A DNA stretch of 64,000 bases from Parvibaculum sp. (GCF_030694575.1 NZ_JAUYUS010000068.1:1924-65923); one strand, 5' to 3'; shown: positions 30,429 through 40,926, counted from the first letter of the stretch. Numbers and translations are program-made. The notes: generated by a model not told the origin, from the letters alone.

Positions 30429-30844
30429 GAGGTAATGCTCGGGCTGCCAAGCCCCCGCGCGCCGGTCGCGGAAGGCTATGCAATAATAATGTGCATCGTT
30501 TCGCACGCGGGCGAGGTTCGCCACCTCACCTGAAGCTATTGATTCAGTGTGCGCCCGCTCGGATGAAAAACTTTGGGAGAACGTCCATGGAGGTATCGCG
30601 CTTTCCTCTTCTCTCCCAAACATTGAACCTCATGTCTCGCCGCTGAACCTCGATACCCTCCGTATAGAGACATACTTAACTTTCACCAACCGCAGAGATT
30701 CCGCGAAAAGGCTGCCAGGAAAAATTTGTCGCGGATGCCGTGAGCGGCCGTAGAAGTCAGCCCATCCTCCGCTGTGCAGCACACTTGAAGCTCCGAAGAC
30801 AAGTCGCCGGAGCCAAGTTTGAGCGCCACGCAGGCATCCCTCAA

Positions 30845-31273
30845 TCAATCGATATATTGCTCGTTGCCGACAAAGCCAATCTTCGTAACGCCGAGGCGCT
30901 GTGCCGCGGCCAAGACTTTTGCCACATGATCGTATTCGACCGTGCGGTCAGGACGGAGATGTATCTCCGGCTCGGGAACAGCGGTGGCTGCGGCGAAAAA
31001 CTTCTCTTCCAATGCCGAAATATCGCTCAGGCTTTCACCGTTCCAATACGCAACACCGTCCGCATCCACCGTGAGCTGAACGACCGACGGCTCCTGCGGC
31101 GGCGCTTCGAGCGTGACAGCCTGAGGCATATCGAGCTTGATCGCGTGAGTTTGCAGCGGGATCGTGATGATGAGCATGACGAGAAGCACGAGCATCACGT
31201 CGATCAATGGCGTGGTGTTGATCTCCATCATGGGATCGTCTTCGCTACCCTCGCTGCCAACGTTCATTGCCAT
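30845..31273 (-). CDS. exbD: ExbD/TolR biopolymer transporter
   Basis: EINTTPLIDVMLVLLVMLIIT. Confidence 0.93.
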   Translation of the reverse strand: MAMNVGSEGSEDDPMMEINTTPLIDVMLVLLVMLIITIPLQTHAIKLDMPQAVTLEAPPQEPSVVQLTVDADGVAYWNGESLSDISALEEKFFAAATAVPEPEIHLRPDRTVEYDHVAKVLAAAQRLGVTKIGFVGNEQYID

Positions 31274-31287
31274 GAGGCCATGTCCTT

Positions 31288-31713
31288 CTAGCTGCCTTGA
31301 ACCGGTTCGGTGATGAAACCCACTTTGTGAATCCCGGCCCGCTGGATATCGAGAATAAGTCTGCCCACGGACTCAAAGCGCGTCATCCGGTCGCCGCGAA
31401 CCTGAATTTCAGGTTGAGTATCTGCCTGCGCTGCCTCGATGAGTTTCTTCAGCATCTCCTCGCGGGTCTCCACACGAGACGCATTCCAGTAGTAATGCCC
31501 ATCAGCATCAACCGCGATGGTGATGTTCCTGGGTTCTGTCTGATTGATCTCGCTACTCGCCTTTGGCAACTCAACCGGAACAGTCTGGATCGCAACCGGA
31601 ATGGTGATCAGGAAGATGATCAGAAGCACCAGCATTACGTCGACAAGCGGCGTCGTGTTGATAGCCGACATCACTTCATCTTCATCGCCGTTGCTTGCTA
31701 CGTTCATTGCCAT
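31288..31713 (-). CDS. exbD: ExbD/TolR biopolymer transporter
   Basis: AINTTPLVDVMLVLLIIFLIT. Confidence 0.93.
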   Translation of the reverse strand: MAMNVASNGDEDEVMSAINTTPLVDVMLVLLIIFLITIPVAIQTVPVELPKASSEINQTEPRNITIAVDADGHYYWNASRVETREEMLKKLIEAAQADTQPEIQVRGDRMTRFESVGRLILDIQRAGIHKVGFITEPVQGS

Positions 31714-31752
31714 GATCGTGCCTCGGCTTGATTTCGTCTACCCGACATGAAC

Positions 31753-32637
31753 CTACGCGACCTTTCCGGACAGAATGCGCAGGTGAACTTCGGTCGCAAA
31801 GCGGCGCGCTCGCGAAACAACGGCTTTGTTGCGGCGCGTCAGCAGGTTGTATCCAAGCACCGCAGGGACGGCCACGGCGAGGCCGATCGCCGTCATGATC
31901 AATGCTTCGCCAACCGGACCGGCAACCTTGTCGATGGATGCCTGGCCGGACACGCCGATCGCAACGAGCGCGTGATAGATGCCCCAGACAGTGCCAAAAA
32001 GACCGACAAAAGGTGCGGTTGAACCAACCGTCGCCAACAGTGCAAGACCGCCCTGGAGCTTCGCCGTCAGCCCTTCTACGGATCGGCTCAGCGCTGCTGT
32101 TGACCAATCCGACAGGGTGACTTCGCTGCTCAATCCCCGCTTGAATTGCGCCACCGCTTCTTCGCCATCCTCCGCAACGACACGATAGGAGTTGCGCTTT
32201 GGCAGAGCTTCAATGCCCTCCTTCAACGTATCCGTGGGTGCGAAGAGTTTGATGACACGATTGAACTGATCGAACATTCGGCGCTGTTCGAAGAGCTTGG
32301 TAATCAAGACGTACCATGAGCCCATGGACATGAACGCAAGGATCATCAGTGTCGCTTTGGAAACGAAGTCCCCCTGCTCCCACAGAGCACCCAGCCCATA
32401 GGGATTTTGTTCAGCTGCCGATGCCGGTTCGGCCTCCGCTATCTCGGGCAAGCCTGTGGCCTCTCCGGTCGCCTCCGCCGCCGCTTCGCCTTCGACGGGC
32501 GTTTCGGCAACGGCAGGTGCGGTTTCCTCCTGAGCATGGGCCGGCGCGTGAGCAACAGCCAACCCGACAGCAAAGGTCAGCGCAAGCGCAGTTGCCCTGA
32601 GAATGGGGAAAGTAAAATTGCCTCGGATCTTCATCAC
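31753..32637 (-). CDS. exbB: ExbB/MotA/TolQ proton channel protein
   Basis: LATVGSTAPFVGLFGTVWGIYHAL..GPVGEALIMTAIGLAVAVPAV. Confidence 0.93.
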   Translation of the reverse strand: MMKIRGNFTFPILRATALALTFAVGLAVAHAPAHAQEETAPAVAETPVEGEAAAEATGEATGLPEIAEAEPASAAEQNPYGLGALWEQGDFVSKATLMILAFMSMGSWYVLITKLFEQRRMFDQFNRVIKLFAPTDTLKEGIEALPKRNSYRVVAEDGEEAVAQFKRGLSSEVTLSDWSTAALSRSVEGLTAKLQGGLALLATVGSTAPFVGLFGTVWGIYHALVAIGVSGQASIDKVAGPVGEALIMTAIGLAVAVPAVLGYNLLTRRNKAVVSRARRFATEVHLRILSGKVA

Positions 32638-32686
32638 TGGGGTCCTTTACTCGTCTTCTGGAATGTCATCTAGGAAAGCATCAGCT

Positions 32687-33304
32687 TCAGTCGGTCAGCT
32701 TGAACGTCACGGCGAACTTCATCCAATGTCCAACCGGCCTTCCGTCCAGCGTTGCCGGGGTGAAGCGCCATGTGCGTCTGGCATGCATGAGCGCTGTCTT
32801 GTCGAGACGCGGAAAGCCACTGGACGTATCGATCCGGCCGTCTGTCACTTTCCCGTCCTCGGATACGAAGAGGATGAGAATCACACGGCCTTCCTCTCCC
32901 GCGCGCCTCGACGCGGCGGGATAGGGCGGCTGGGTATTGCCGTGACTTGGATCCGCGCGCGGGAGGACCGGTTGCGGCTCACGGACAACTGGCACCGGAT
33001 CCGGTTTGACCGTCTGTACCTGCTGGATTGTTTTCTGCGGTGCCGGTGCAGGCTTCACTGCGACTTCCGGTGGCGGCACATAAGCTTCAGGCGGCTTCAC
33101 GATTTCGGGTGGCGGCGGCGGTGCTTCCTTGGACGGCTCCGCAATCAGCGCAACCTGCAGCGGCTGCTGAACGGCTTCCACGACATCGCGGGCAAGGCCA
33201 CTCACGAGTGCCCACAAAAGTAGAAGATGCAGGCCGATAACCACACCAAGCCCGACAACACGGCTCGACGCTGGATGACCTTCCTGGAAATCAAGCGTAC
33301 TCAT
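32687..33304 (-). CDS. tonB: Energy transducer TonB
   Basis: N-terminal TM with conserved His, Pro-rich linker, QPPYPAASRRAGEEGRV, SSGFPRLD. Confidence 0.92.
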   Translation of the reverse strand: MSTLDFQEGHPASSRVVGLGVVIGLHLLLLWALVSGLARDVVEAVQQPLQVALIAEPSKEAPPPPPEIVKPPEAYVPPPEVAVKPAPAPQKTIQQVQTVKPDPVPVVREPQPVLPRADPSHGNTQPPYPAASRRAGEEGRVILILFVSEDGKVTDGRIDTSSGFPRLDKTALMHARRTWRFTPATLDGRPVGHWMKFAVTFKLTD

Positions 33305-33365
33305 TTGTCAGTCACTTTCACGCACCCGGTCCGCCACATGGATCGCGGACCGTTGGTTTTGTCCA

Positions 33366-33381
33366 TGCACAACAGGTGCCA
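33366..33381 (-). promoter_or_regulatory. Sigma54-like -24/-12 promoter upstream of tonB
   Basis: Minus strand TGGCAC-CTGTT-GTGCA (GG-N10-GC), intergenic, about 60 bp before the tonB ATG. Confidence 0.5.
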
Positions 33382-33388
33382 GTTCATC

Positions 33389-33913
33389 TCATCGAACCTC
33401 AAGCCCGCCAACAGTCAGCTCGGCAAATGCACTTCGGTAATAGACCAGAGGCACCGGATTCGGATCGACGCTCGCGGCTCTGACCAAACCGACCAAAATC
33501 TCGTGATCCCCGCCCGCAAGACTGTCTTCGAGGTCACATTCTATTGCGGCGGCAACGCCATCGATGAGCGGCGCACCGTTTTGTCCGTCACGGTGAGAAA
33601 TACCCTCAAACTTGGCGCTGCCGTTTGCTTTCGAAAAGCAGGTGGCGATGTCGTCCTGACCTGCCGAAAGAATATTCACGGAGAAAAATCCTGCCCTTTT
33701 TATGTGCGCCAGCGTCTCGCTTTTCAGCGCCAGTGCGACAAGGACCAGCGGCGGCGTGAGTGACAGCGCTGAAAATGCGCTAACCGTCGTGCCTACAGGA
33801 GCGCCGGCTGCTTTTGTAGTGACCACCGTGACCCCCGTGGCAAAACTGCCAAGCGCGTTCCGGTATTCAGCCTGGTCGACAACGGATGGCACGTATCTGG
33901 ATGTCTGGCTCAT
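33389..33913 (-). CDS. Flavin reductase (RutF/HpaC-like)
   Basis: YRNALGSFATGVTVVT, SAFSALSLTPPLVLV, GGDHEILVG, PLVYYR. Confidence 0.92.
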   Translation of the reverse strand: MSQTSRYVPSVVDQAEYRNALGSFATGVTVVTTKAAGAPVGTTVSAFSALSLTPPLVLVALALKSETLAHIKRAGFFSVNILSAGQDDIATCFSKANGSAKFEGISHRDGQNGAPLIDGVAAAIECDLEDSLAGGDHEILVGLVRAASVDPNPVPLVYYRSAFAELTVGGLEVR

Positions 33914-33929
33914 AGCCCTTGCCTCCGCA

Positions 33930-35300
33930 TCAGAATGGATTGTCGCCGTAGACAGGCTTGTATGCTGTCCGGGATGCCCCTTCGGGCGCACGGCCACAGA
34001 CAGACAACGCCGTCAGCGCATATATCAAAGCGCTTTTCGCCAGATCGGCCGGCGTCGGCCGCCATCGAGGCATGCCGGTCGTGACAGCCGGGATACGGTG
34101 CATGTTGAAGACATTCTGGTCGCGCCACATGCTGGAATAGACCGGGTTCGCGCGCTGCAACGGCTCACGAAGCGTCAGTTCCGTTGCCGCGCCGACGGCG
34201 GCGACCAGAGGTGCCACATCCGTTGCATCGGCTTCAAATCCGTGGCGAACAACCATCGGCTCGATCTCAAAGCCTTCGATATCGAACCCGCGCATCAATG
34301 CGGTCAGTTCGTGCAGAACATCGGCCGCTTTCTGCTTCGGCGTTAGGCCCGCCTCGAAATAGATAGAAACGACTTCCGTGCCGGTGCCGAAGGAATAGGG
34401 AACGCCGGCCTTGATGGAGTCGATCTGTGTCTTCGGAACCGAGATGCCGCCGGCACTCTCATAATAGTTGCGCTCAGGATAGGTCTTTCCCCATTTGTGC
34501 AAGGCCTCGATGATAGGACCGAGCCGGTAAACCGGATTTGGGTGCTGGAGAATGTCGTCCGGGTAATCGAGAATTGGCGTGAATATTCCTTGCCCGAATA
34601 TTCGTATACGGAACACAACGTACCCACAGCCAACCCATGTCAGGCCGAAATCGCATCCCTCTGCAGCAATCGCATAATCCGGCGCCACACCGCCGTGATG
34701 AAACAGATAGTGCGCACCTATATCCTTGCCGAGGTAATCGACGCCGCGCCTGTCCTCTATTGGCTCCGGACCTATCTCACCCGGACATGCCGTGAGATAG
34801 AGCTTGCCCGCAAGCGGGATGTTCGCCTTGCGGAGCGCTTTCGCCGCTATCATGAAACAGCTCATCGGGCCCCGATCATTCGCGATCGGATAACCGAACA
34901 GTTTTCCATCTTCCAACCAACACTCCAGCCATTCGCGATTGGCGAGCGTCTCCGGCCGATACTTGGCGAAGTCGAGATCGGGCTCATAGGTCGGCGCTTC
35001 GGTGTCGAGATGTGCGGTGAAGAGGAGATTCGCGCCGGGAGCGTCGCCGCCATACTCGCCAATTACATTCTGACGTTCCGGCGTAGCTCCGACCGAACGG
35101 GGACTGAAACCTTCGCGCTGCATCCAGTCGAAGACATACTTGCTTGCAGCCGCCTCGTTCCGCGATGGGCTCGGGATATTTCCAAGTTCCAAAGCGAGGT
35201 TGCAGAGCTCGTCTTCGTCTATCGCCGCTTCGAGCGCAGCCCGATCTTCATCGGTCACCTGATAAGGCGCCTTGCCTTCAATTTTCAGAAGGTCAGCCAT
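33930..35300 (-). CDS. M20-family (ArgE/DapE-like) peptidase/deacylase, divergent
   Basis: IPSPSRNEA, NVIG..LLFTAHLDT, GYPIANDRGP, GEIG, AIAAEG. Confidence 0.75.
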   Translation of the reverse strand: MADLLKIEGKAPYQVTDEDRAALEAAIDEDELCNLALELGNIPSPSRNEAAASKYVFDWMQREGFSPRSVGATPERQNVIGEYGGDAPGANLLFTAHLDTEAPTYEPDLDFAKYRPETLANREWLECWLEDGKLFGYPIANDRGPMSCFMIAAKALRKANIPLAGKLYLTACPGEIGPEPIEDRRGVDYLGKDIGAHYLFHHGGVAPDYAIAAEGCDFGLTWVGCGYVVFRIRIFGQGIFTPILDYPDDILQHPNPVYRLGPIIEALHKWGKTYPERNYYESAGGISVPKTQIDSIKAGVPYSFGTGTEVVSIYFEAGLTPKQKAADVLHELTALMRGFDIEGFEIEPMVVRHGFEADATDVAPLVAAVGAATELTLREPLQRANPVYSSMWRDQNVFNMHRIPAVTTGMPRWRPTPADLAKSALIYALTALSVCGRAPEGASRTAYKPVYGDNPF

Positions 35301-35961
35301 TGACGCCTCCCCAGGAGGCTTCGATTTCCGCCGTTGCGCTCAGAATGGCGCAGTTGAGCTCCAGCATCCGCAACGCAGCACCGTGAACATCGTCGCCATA
35401 AGCGGCACAGGCATCCGCCGCGATGATGACGTGATAGTCCCGATGGAAGGCATCGCGAACCGTGCAGTCAATGCAGCATTCCGTAGTGAGGCCGCAGGCG
35501 ATGAGCGTGTCGACGCCGAGCTTCGCAAGCACCTCGGAAAAATCCGTGTCGTGGAAGGCGCTGTACTTTGGCTTCATCACGACCGGGTCCCCCGGGAGGG
35601 GTTGCGGCCCGTAAAACGCCGCACCCGGCATTCCGGCACGGCAGACTCCGCTTTCGGCCTCAGGATCGACACCACGCCGGCGCATGCGTTCGGTCCAGAC
35701 GGGCGAGTCCGTTTCTGGCCTCGTCTCGAGACCGACAAAAACGACCGCCACACCTGCCGCGCGGGCGGCCGCAACCAGCCTCTCGGCATTGGCGATCGCG
35801 GCAGGCACCGCACTCATATCGACGCCGAATCCGGCAAGCAGACCATCGGGTGCGGCGAAGTCGACCTGGATGTCGATCACACAAAGCGCCGTACGACCGG
35901 GCGCGATCCATTCCGCCAGACCGGTGGCGGCAGCGCGGCTTGTGAGGGGAACGGCTGTCAT
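35293..35961 (-). CDS. Cysteine hydrolase / isochorismatase family (RutB-like amidohydrolase)
   Basis: ALCVIDIQVDF, KPKYSAFHDT, GLTTECCIDCTVRDAF (Asp-Lys-Cys triad). Confidence 0.9.
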   Translation of the reverse strand: MTAVPLTSRAAATGLAEWIAPGRTALCVIDIQVDFAAPDGLLAGFGVDMSAVPAAIANAERLVAAARAAGVAVVFVGLETRPETDSPVWTERMRRRGVDPEAESGVCRAGMPGAAFYGPQPLPGDPVVMKPKYSAFHDTDFSEVLAKLGVDTLIACGLTTECCIDCTVRDAFHRDYHVIIAADACAAYGDDVHGAALRMLELNCAILSATAEIEASWGGVNG

Positions 35962-37025
35962 GAGAAGTATGCCTTCAGGCCCGGCAGAACCTCAGCGCCC
36001 ATCGTCTTCAATCCCTTGACGTAGTCCGGGAAAATCAGCATCACGCCATCGAGCTCGCAGCCTTCAATCTGCTCCTTGATCTTCTGCTGACAGGTGGCGG
36101 GTGTGCCGGCCACGGTGTGGGTCATGAAAGTTTCCTTGGCTTTCTCTCCCATCACGCTCGGGCTGCCGTCCACTTCCATGCCGTAGCTGCGCATCATTCC
36201 CTGCGCGGCGCCCCAGTCGAGACCTTCCTTGTAGTATGCGACCGTCTTCTCGGCCTCGGCGTCGGTTTCACCGAAAACGACGGTGCTCATCGCGAAGACC
36301 TTGATGGTGGTGTCGTGTTCGGTGGCAACGCGCCGCGCCATCCGGCTGATCCGCAGTGTATCTTCAGCCGTCTTGCCACCGATGAAGCAGGCATCGGTGT
36401 GCTGCACGGTGAAGCGCAAGCCCCTCTCCGACTGGCCGGCGCAGATCAGATAAGGGCGCGGACTGGAGACGGGCTTCGGCTGAGAAATGCAATCCTTGAA
36501 CTTGAAAAACTCACCGTCGTAGTCGACGTGATCCTTCTCCCACATCGTCTTGACGAGCGTCGTCCATTCCTCGGCGAAGCGATAGCGGCCATCGTGGTCG
36601 AGCGTTTCGGGCCAGGCGCCCATCTGGTCGAACTCGCTTTTGTAGGAGCCCGAGACGATGTTGAGGCCGGCGCGGCCGCCCGAAATCTGGTCGAGCGTCG
36701 CGATCATCTTGGCGACAACCGCAGGGTTCTGCAGCAGCGTATGAACGGTGGCGATGATGCGCGCATTCTTCGTCACCTCGGCGATGCCCGCCATCATGGT
36801 GACGGACTCGAGCGAAGTGCCCCAATGATCGGTGTCGCCGCCGAAGCCTCGCCACTTCATCATCGACATGATGAAATCGAGACCGATCTCGTCCGCCAGA
36901 ATGGCGATTTCGCGGTTCTGCCGGTAGGACGCATCGAGCGGGGGCGTGTTCTTCGAAATGATCCAGCCGCCATTGGCGATGGGAAGGAAGACACCGAACT
37001 GTTTCTTTGCCTCGGAGACGGACAT
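35958..37025 (-). CDS. LLM-class flavin-dependent monooxygenase, RutA-like
   Basis: FGVFLPIANGGWIIS, SMMKWRGFGG, LESVTMMAGIAEVT, EFDQMGAWP, ICAGQSERG parallel to pyrimidine monooxygenase RutA. Confidence 0.85.
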   Translation of the reverse strand: MSVSEAKKQFGVFLPIANGGWIISKNTPPLDASYRQNREIAILADEIGLDFIMSMMKWRGFGGDTDHWGTSLESVTMMAGIAEVTKNARIIATVHTLLQNPAVVAKMIATLDQISGGRAGLNIVSGSYKSEFDQMGAWPETLDHDGRYRFAEEWTTLVKTMWEKDHVDYDGEFFKFKDCISQPKPVSSPRPYLICAGQSERGLRFTVQHTDACFIGGKTAEDTLRISRMARRVATEHDTTIKVFAMSTVVFGETDAEAEKTVAYYKEGLDWGAAQGMMRSYGMEVDGSPSVMGEKAKETFMTHTVAGTPATCQQKIKEQIEGCELDGVMLIFPDYVKGLKTMGAEVLPGLKAYFS

Positions 37026-37085
37026 TTTCTTCTACTGACCTCTTGCTTGCCTTACTGAGCGGATCGCGGACCGATCGCTGATCTG

Positions 37086-38396
37086 TTAGTCGGCGACGTG
37101 ACCGAGGTCACCCGCCCGGGTGAGGATCGCCGCCGTCATGATTTCCTCTTCCTCGACCTCTTCCGCTTCCGCGCGGAGCGGCGGGCGCATGAACAGCACC
37201 GCGACCAGTACCGCTGCCGGCACCAGCGTGTAGAGAAAGAAGGCGTAGGAGAACGAGCCCGTGACGTCGCGCATGTAGCCGCCCAGGAAAGGACCAAAGG
37301 AAGCAAGCGTTGCTGCAACGTTCATGAAGGAGAACAGTTCGAGATAGGCACTGCGTCCATAGTAATTCATCAGCAGGACGCTCGTGGCGAGGAAGGTCAT
37401 GCCATAGCCAACGCCGATGCCGATGGCATAGACCATGAGAGCGAACCAGTTCGTACCAACGCCGAGCCCGACCATGCCCGCCACGAGAAGTGCAAGCGCC
37501 ACGATCAGCAGAATCTTTGGATCGACATATTCACCGATGAAGCCACTGACCGCTCGCGAGGCTGCATTGAGGAATGCCTCGAAGCTCAGAAGACCGCCAG
37601 CGACGCCCATGGCAATGCCGATCTCGGTCAGATGACCGACGGACAGACTGTTTACGGTGATCCCGCAAAGAAGGAACGCCACATAGCCAGCGGCAATAAT
37701 GTAAAATTGCGGCGTGCGAAGCGCCTGAAGAGCTGTCCAAGACTGCTTTGTAACATACACACCCGACGCGCTTTCAACCGCGGCCGCGGTGGCAACGTCG
37801 GCTGCGCGGCGATCCTCATCCTCGCCTTCGCGCAGGAAGGCGGCCGTGATCACGCCGGCAATCGCTGTGAGGACCGCGACGATCATCCAGTGCATCCTCC
37901 ATTCGTCCCAGACGCCGACGGCCAGGAAGTAGATCAACGGACCGACGATGCCGCCCACGCCGCCAATCGTGAAGTAGATGCCGAACGCCATCGACTGCTT
38001 CTTGAAGGAGCGAGCGATCATGAAAGTGCCGGGAACGGTGGCGACGAACGAGAAGCCCGTGCCCGCGAGCAACATGGCCGCAAAATAGGCCGGCACGCTC
38101 TGCACGAAATAGAGAAGGAGATAGCCGGCGACGAGAATGGCGGTGCCGAAGAGAATCGTCGCCCGCACGCCAAACCTGCGGATCATGAAAGCGGGGGGAT
38201 AGCTCGAAAGCCCGCAGGAAATACCGAGAATGGTGAAGCCGAGCCCGGCCGCCGTCCAGTCCCAACCCAGTTCGGAAACCATGTCGGGCAAGACGACACC
38301 GAGCGAGGTGAAGGTTCCCGCCGTGACGAGAAAGAACATGAAGCTGAAGGACAGCAGAACGAACCACGGATATATCGTCTCTTTCGCGTCGTTCAT
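37086..38396 (-). CDS. MFS transporter
   Basis: About 12 TM segments; MIRRFGVRATILFG; exact start uncertain (38396 or 38417). Confidence 0.88.
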   Translation of the reverse strand: MNDAKETIYPWFVLLSFSFMFFLVTAGTFTSLGVVLPDMVSELGWDWTAAGLGFTILGISCGLSSYPPAFMIRRFGVRATILFGTAILVAGYLLLYFVQSVPAYFAAMLLAGTGFSFVATVPGTFMIARSFKKQSMAFGIYFTIGGVGGIVGPLIYFLAVGVWDEWRMHWMIVAVLTAIAGVITAAFLREGEDEDRRAADVATAAAVESASGVYVTKQSWTALQALRTPQFYIIAAGYVAFLLCGITVNSLSVGHLTEIGIAMGVAGGLLSFEAFLNAASRAVSGFIGEYVDPKILLIVALALLVAGMVGLGVGTNWFALMVYAIGIGVGYGMTFLATSVLLMNYYGRSAYLELFSFMNVAATLASFGPFLGGYMRDVTGSFSYAFFLYTLVPAAVLVAVLFMRPPLRAEAEEVEEEEIMTAAILTRAGDLGHVAD

Positions 38397-38448
38397 CTGC
38401 TGGCCTCCAGACTTCATGCACTTCGGTTACTGATAGACGCTTCGGTAC

Positions 38449-40926
38449 TCAGAAGCGGTAGGTTGCCGTCACGCGCCACTCGCGGCCCTTGCCGGGCAGC
38501 ACAGCCACGTCGCCGTAGAGATCCTGGAGCGGCGTGAAGTATTCTTCGTCGAACACGTTGTCGATGTTGAGCGCCAGCCGCCATGTCTGGAAGTCCGCAT
38601 AGGCGGAGGCCTGGACGAGGAAGTAGTCGGGATACTTCACTGGATTGGACGCAAGACCGGCCGTCTCGGAAACGTAGCGCACGCCCCAGGTGGTGCCGGC
38701 ATGGCCCCAGTCGTAGGTATCGGTCGTATAGGTCGCGAAGAGGCTGAGAACCTTTTCGGGGATACGCCGATCTTCGATCTCGCCGGAGTAGTAGCTGTCG
38801 CCTGTGATGCCGGCGATTCCGCTGAAGGAATACCCGACAAGCGCGGCGCCGTAGTAATCGGCCGGGTCGTAGCCAAAGGTCGCCGGTGTGAAGTAGTAGA
38901 AGGCATCGTAGCTGCCGAGGAATTTCGTCTTCTGTACGTTGCCGGCAAAGGTGAAGCTGAGGTTGTCGGTCGCGAGATAGCGCAGCTCGAGTTCGACGCC
39001 CTCCCCTTCCGTTTCGTCTACGCCGCCGCCGACATTGTCGAGCACCGTGCGATGTTGACGATAGGCGGCGAGAGCACCGGTCAGCACACCGTTGAACGCT
39101 TCGAGTTTTATGCCCGCTTCGAGCAGATCACCTTCGGAAAGATATTCTCCCCTTCCGATGCTTTGGGGCGCTATGTCGCCGGCCTGGCCGAACTCAAGTG
39201 CCACGGTTTCGGCATAGGTCGCGTAGGGGCGGATTCCGAAGGGGCCGTTCACCATCAGCATCGCGCTGTAGGTAAAGGCTTCGTCCATATCGTGCTCACG
39301 ATCCGGAACGCAGTAGCAAAGAGAGCCGTTATCCACGGAATCCACCCAGTACATGTCGTACCGGCCGGTTGTCGTGAGGAAAACCAGGTTCTCGAAATCG
39401 AAATCGGCTATGCCGAAGAAGCCGAGATCGTTCCACTTGGAGTCCGTATTGTAGTCCCAGGTGTAGCCCGACCCGGGAATGAACGGCGATCCGAGCGTAT
39501 CGGTCGGCGTTGCCCCCTGAGAGAGGTCGCGGCGATCAAGCGCGATGCCACCATAGTTAAACGACTCCTTTTTGTTGGCGTCGTAATAGCGATTGCTCAT
39601 CCCGACATTGAACGCTGCCGTAACGGGCGCTTCCGAAGGGAGCTTGACGTCGAAATTGTAGCTGACGCGTCCCTCGACCGTGTAGGCGTTATAATCCGCA
39701 GGAAAGCCGTAGCTGACGAAGCGCTCGTTATCGAGCGAGTCGTAGAAGAGCTGGAATTTGAGTTCCGACCCGTTGCCGAAGGCTTTGATGAGGTCGCCAT
39801 ATATCGTCAGCGTCGACGACTCATTGAAATCGAGATCGCTGGTATAGACATTGCGCCGGCTGAGCTGCGTCGTCCCAACGCCGGTGTCCAACTGGCGATA
39901 GACAGGCAAGATATCGCACCCGCCAAAACATTGCGGAGCCCCGGTAAGTCCTCCGGGTGGCAACTCTCCTCTGTCGATGTAGCCATTGCCGTTGACGTCG
40001 ATGATGCCGGAATTGCTTCCGGTGATGTACGTACCGTTGTCGATCAGGTCTTGCGTGACGCGGTTCCAGCCCGGCGTCTGCAGGTAGCCTTCCGACTGGT
40101 AGTACATGACGCCGCCGCCATAGGTCCAACCGTCTAGCGTCTCGAATTGCGCGGTCGTCTGAAGGAGCTGATGCTGGGGCTCGATGCCGTGATAGAAACT
40201 TTCGGAATCCTCCAGCTCGCCATAGACGAAAACCCCGCCCGCGGTGTTACCGAAGTTGAGCGGAATGCCGGCCTCGAAGCTGCCATTCTTCTTGTCGTAA
40301 GAGCCGAGCGTGCCGGTCACCTGACCCGACATTTCGGTCATGTAACCTGCCTCTTCGCTGATCTTCGCGGTCTTCGGTTCGAGGTTGAGCAAACCGCCGA
40401 CCTTGCCCGGACCGAAATTCGCGGTCGGCGGGCCGCGCAGAATGTCGACGCGCGACGTCGCGCCGATCGGCGTCTGGTAGGTACCGCGATTTTCGATGCG
40501 CTTGAAGCCGTGGAAATAGGTTTCCGCCAGCAGGCCGCGTACATTGAGCGCGCCTTCCACACCATAGAAGGATGATGTGAAGGTGCCCGGCGAGACGGCG
40601 GCGAGATCGTCGACCGTCGTTACGCCGTAGGCGCTGAGCGTCTCGTCGCTCACGAAAGTTGCCGAACGCGGCGTTTTCAGCAGCGGCTTCTTCAGGCCGA
40701 AAAGCAGATCGCTTGGCTGCTGCTCCAGCAGACCCGCCTTGTCACGCTCGGAGATGACAAGCATCTCCCTCACCTTGGCGTCCCCGGCCGCGTCCGGTGT
40801 CGCTTCGACCACCGGAACCTCTTCAATCGCTTCCTGCGCCACTACGTTCACCGGAACGATGAACGCCGCGAGGATGACCCCCAGAGCCACTCGCGAGGCG
40901 GAATTCAAATAATGTGACTTGTTCAT
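38449..40926 (-). CDS. TonB-dependent receptor
   Basis: Signal peptide; LLKTPRSATFV plug start; RVDILRGP; NIDNVFDEEY..GREWRVTATYRF with terminal Phe. Confidence 0.93.
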   Translation of the reverse strand: MNKSHYLNSASRVALGVILAAFIVPVNVVAQEAIEEVPVVEATPDAAGDAKVREMLVISERDKAGLLEQQPSDLLFGLKKPLLKTPRSATFVSDETLSAYGVTTVDDLAAVSPGTFTSSFYGVEGALNVRGLLAETYFHGFKRIENRGTYQTPIGATSRVDILRGPPTANFGPGKVGGLLNLEPKTAKISEEAGYMTEMSGQVTGTLGSYDKKNGSFEAGIPLNFGNTAGGVFVYGELEDSESFYHGIEPQHQLLQTTAQFETLDGWTYGGGVMYYQSEGYLQTPGWNRVTQDLIDNGTYITGSNSGIIDVNGNGYIDRGELPPGGLTGAPQCFGGCDILPVYRQLDTGVGTTQLSRRNVYTSDLDFNESSTLTIYGDLIKAFGNGSELKFQLFYDSLDNERFVSYGFPADYNAYTVEGRVSYNFDVKLPSEAPVTAAFNVGMSNRYYDANKKESFNYGGIALDRRDLSQGATPTDTLGSPFIPGSGYTWDYNTDSKWNDLGFFGIADFDFENLVFLTTTGRYDMYWVDSVDNGSLCYCVPDREHDMDEAFTYSAMLMVNGPFGIRPYATYAETVALEFGQAGDIAPQSIGRGEYLSEGDLLEAGIKLEAFNGVLTGALAAYRQHRTVLDNVGGGVDETEGEGVELELRYLATDNLSFTFAGNVQKTKFLGSYDAFYYFTPATFGYDPADYYGAALVGYSFSGIAGITGDSYYSGEIEDRRIPEKVLSLFATYTTDTYDWGHAGTTWGVRYVSETAGLASNPVKYPDYFLVQASAYADFQTWRLALNIDNVFDEEYFTPLQDLYGDVAVLPGKGREWRVTATYRF

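Noticed and set aside
30430-30844. Possible integrase or transposase relic between acrA and exbD
   Set aside because: The short ORFs show no recombinase or transposase motifs that I can recognise; left as unexplained spacer.
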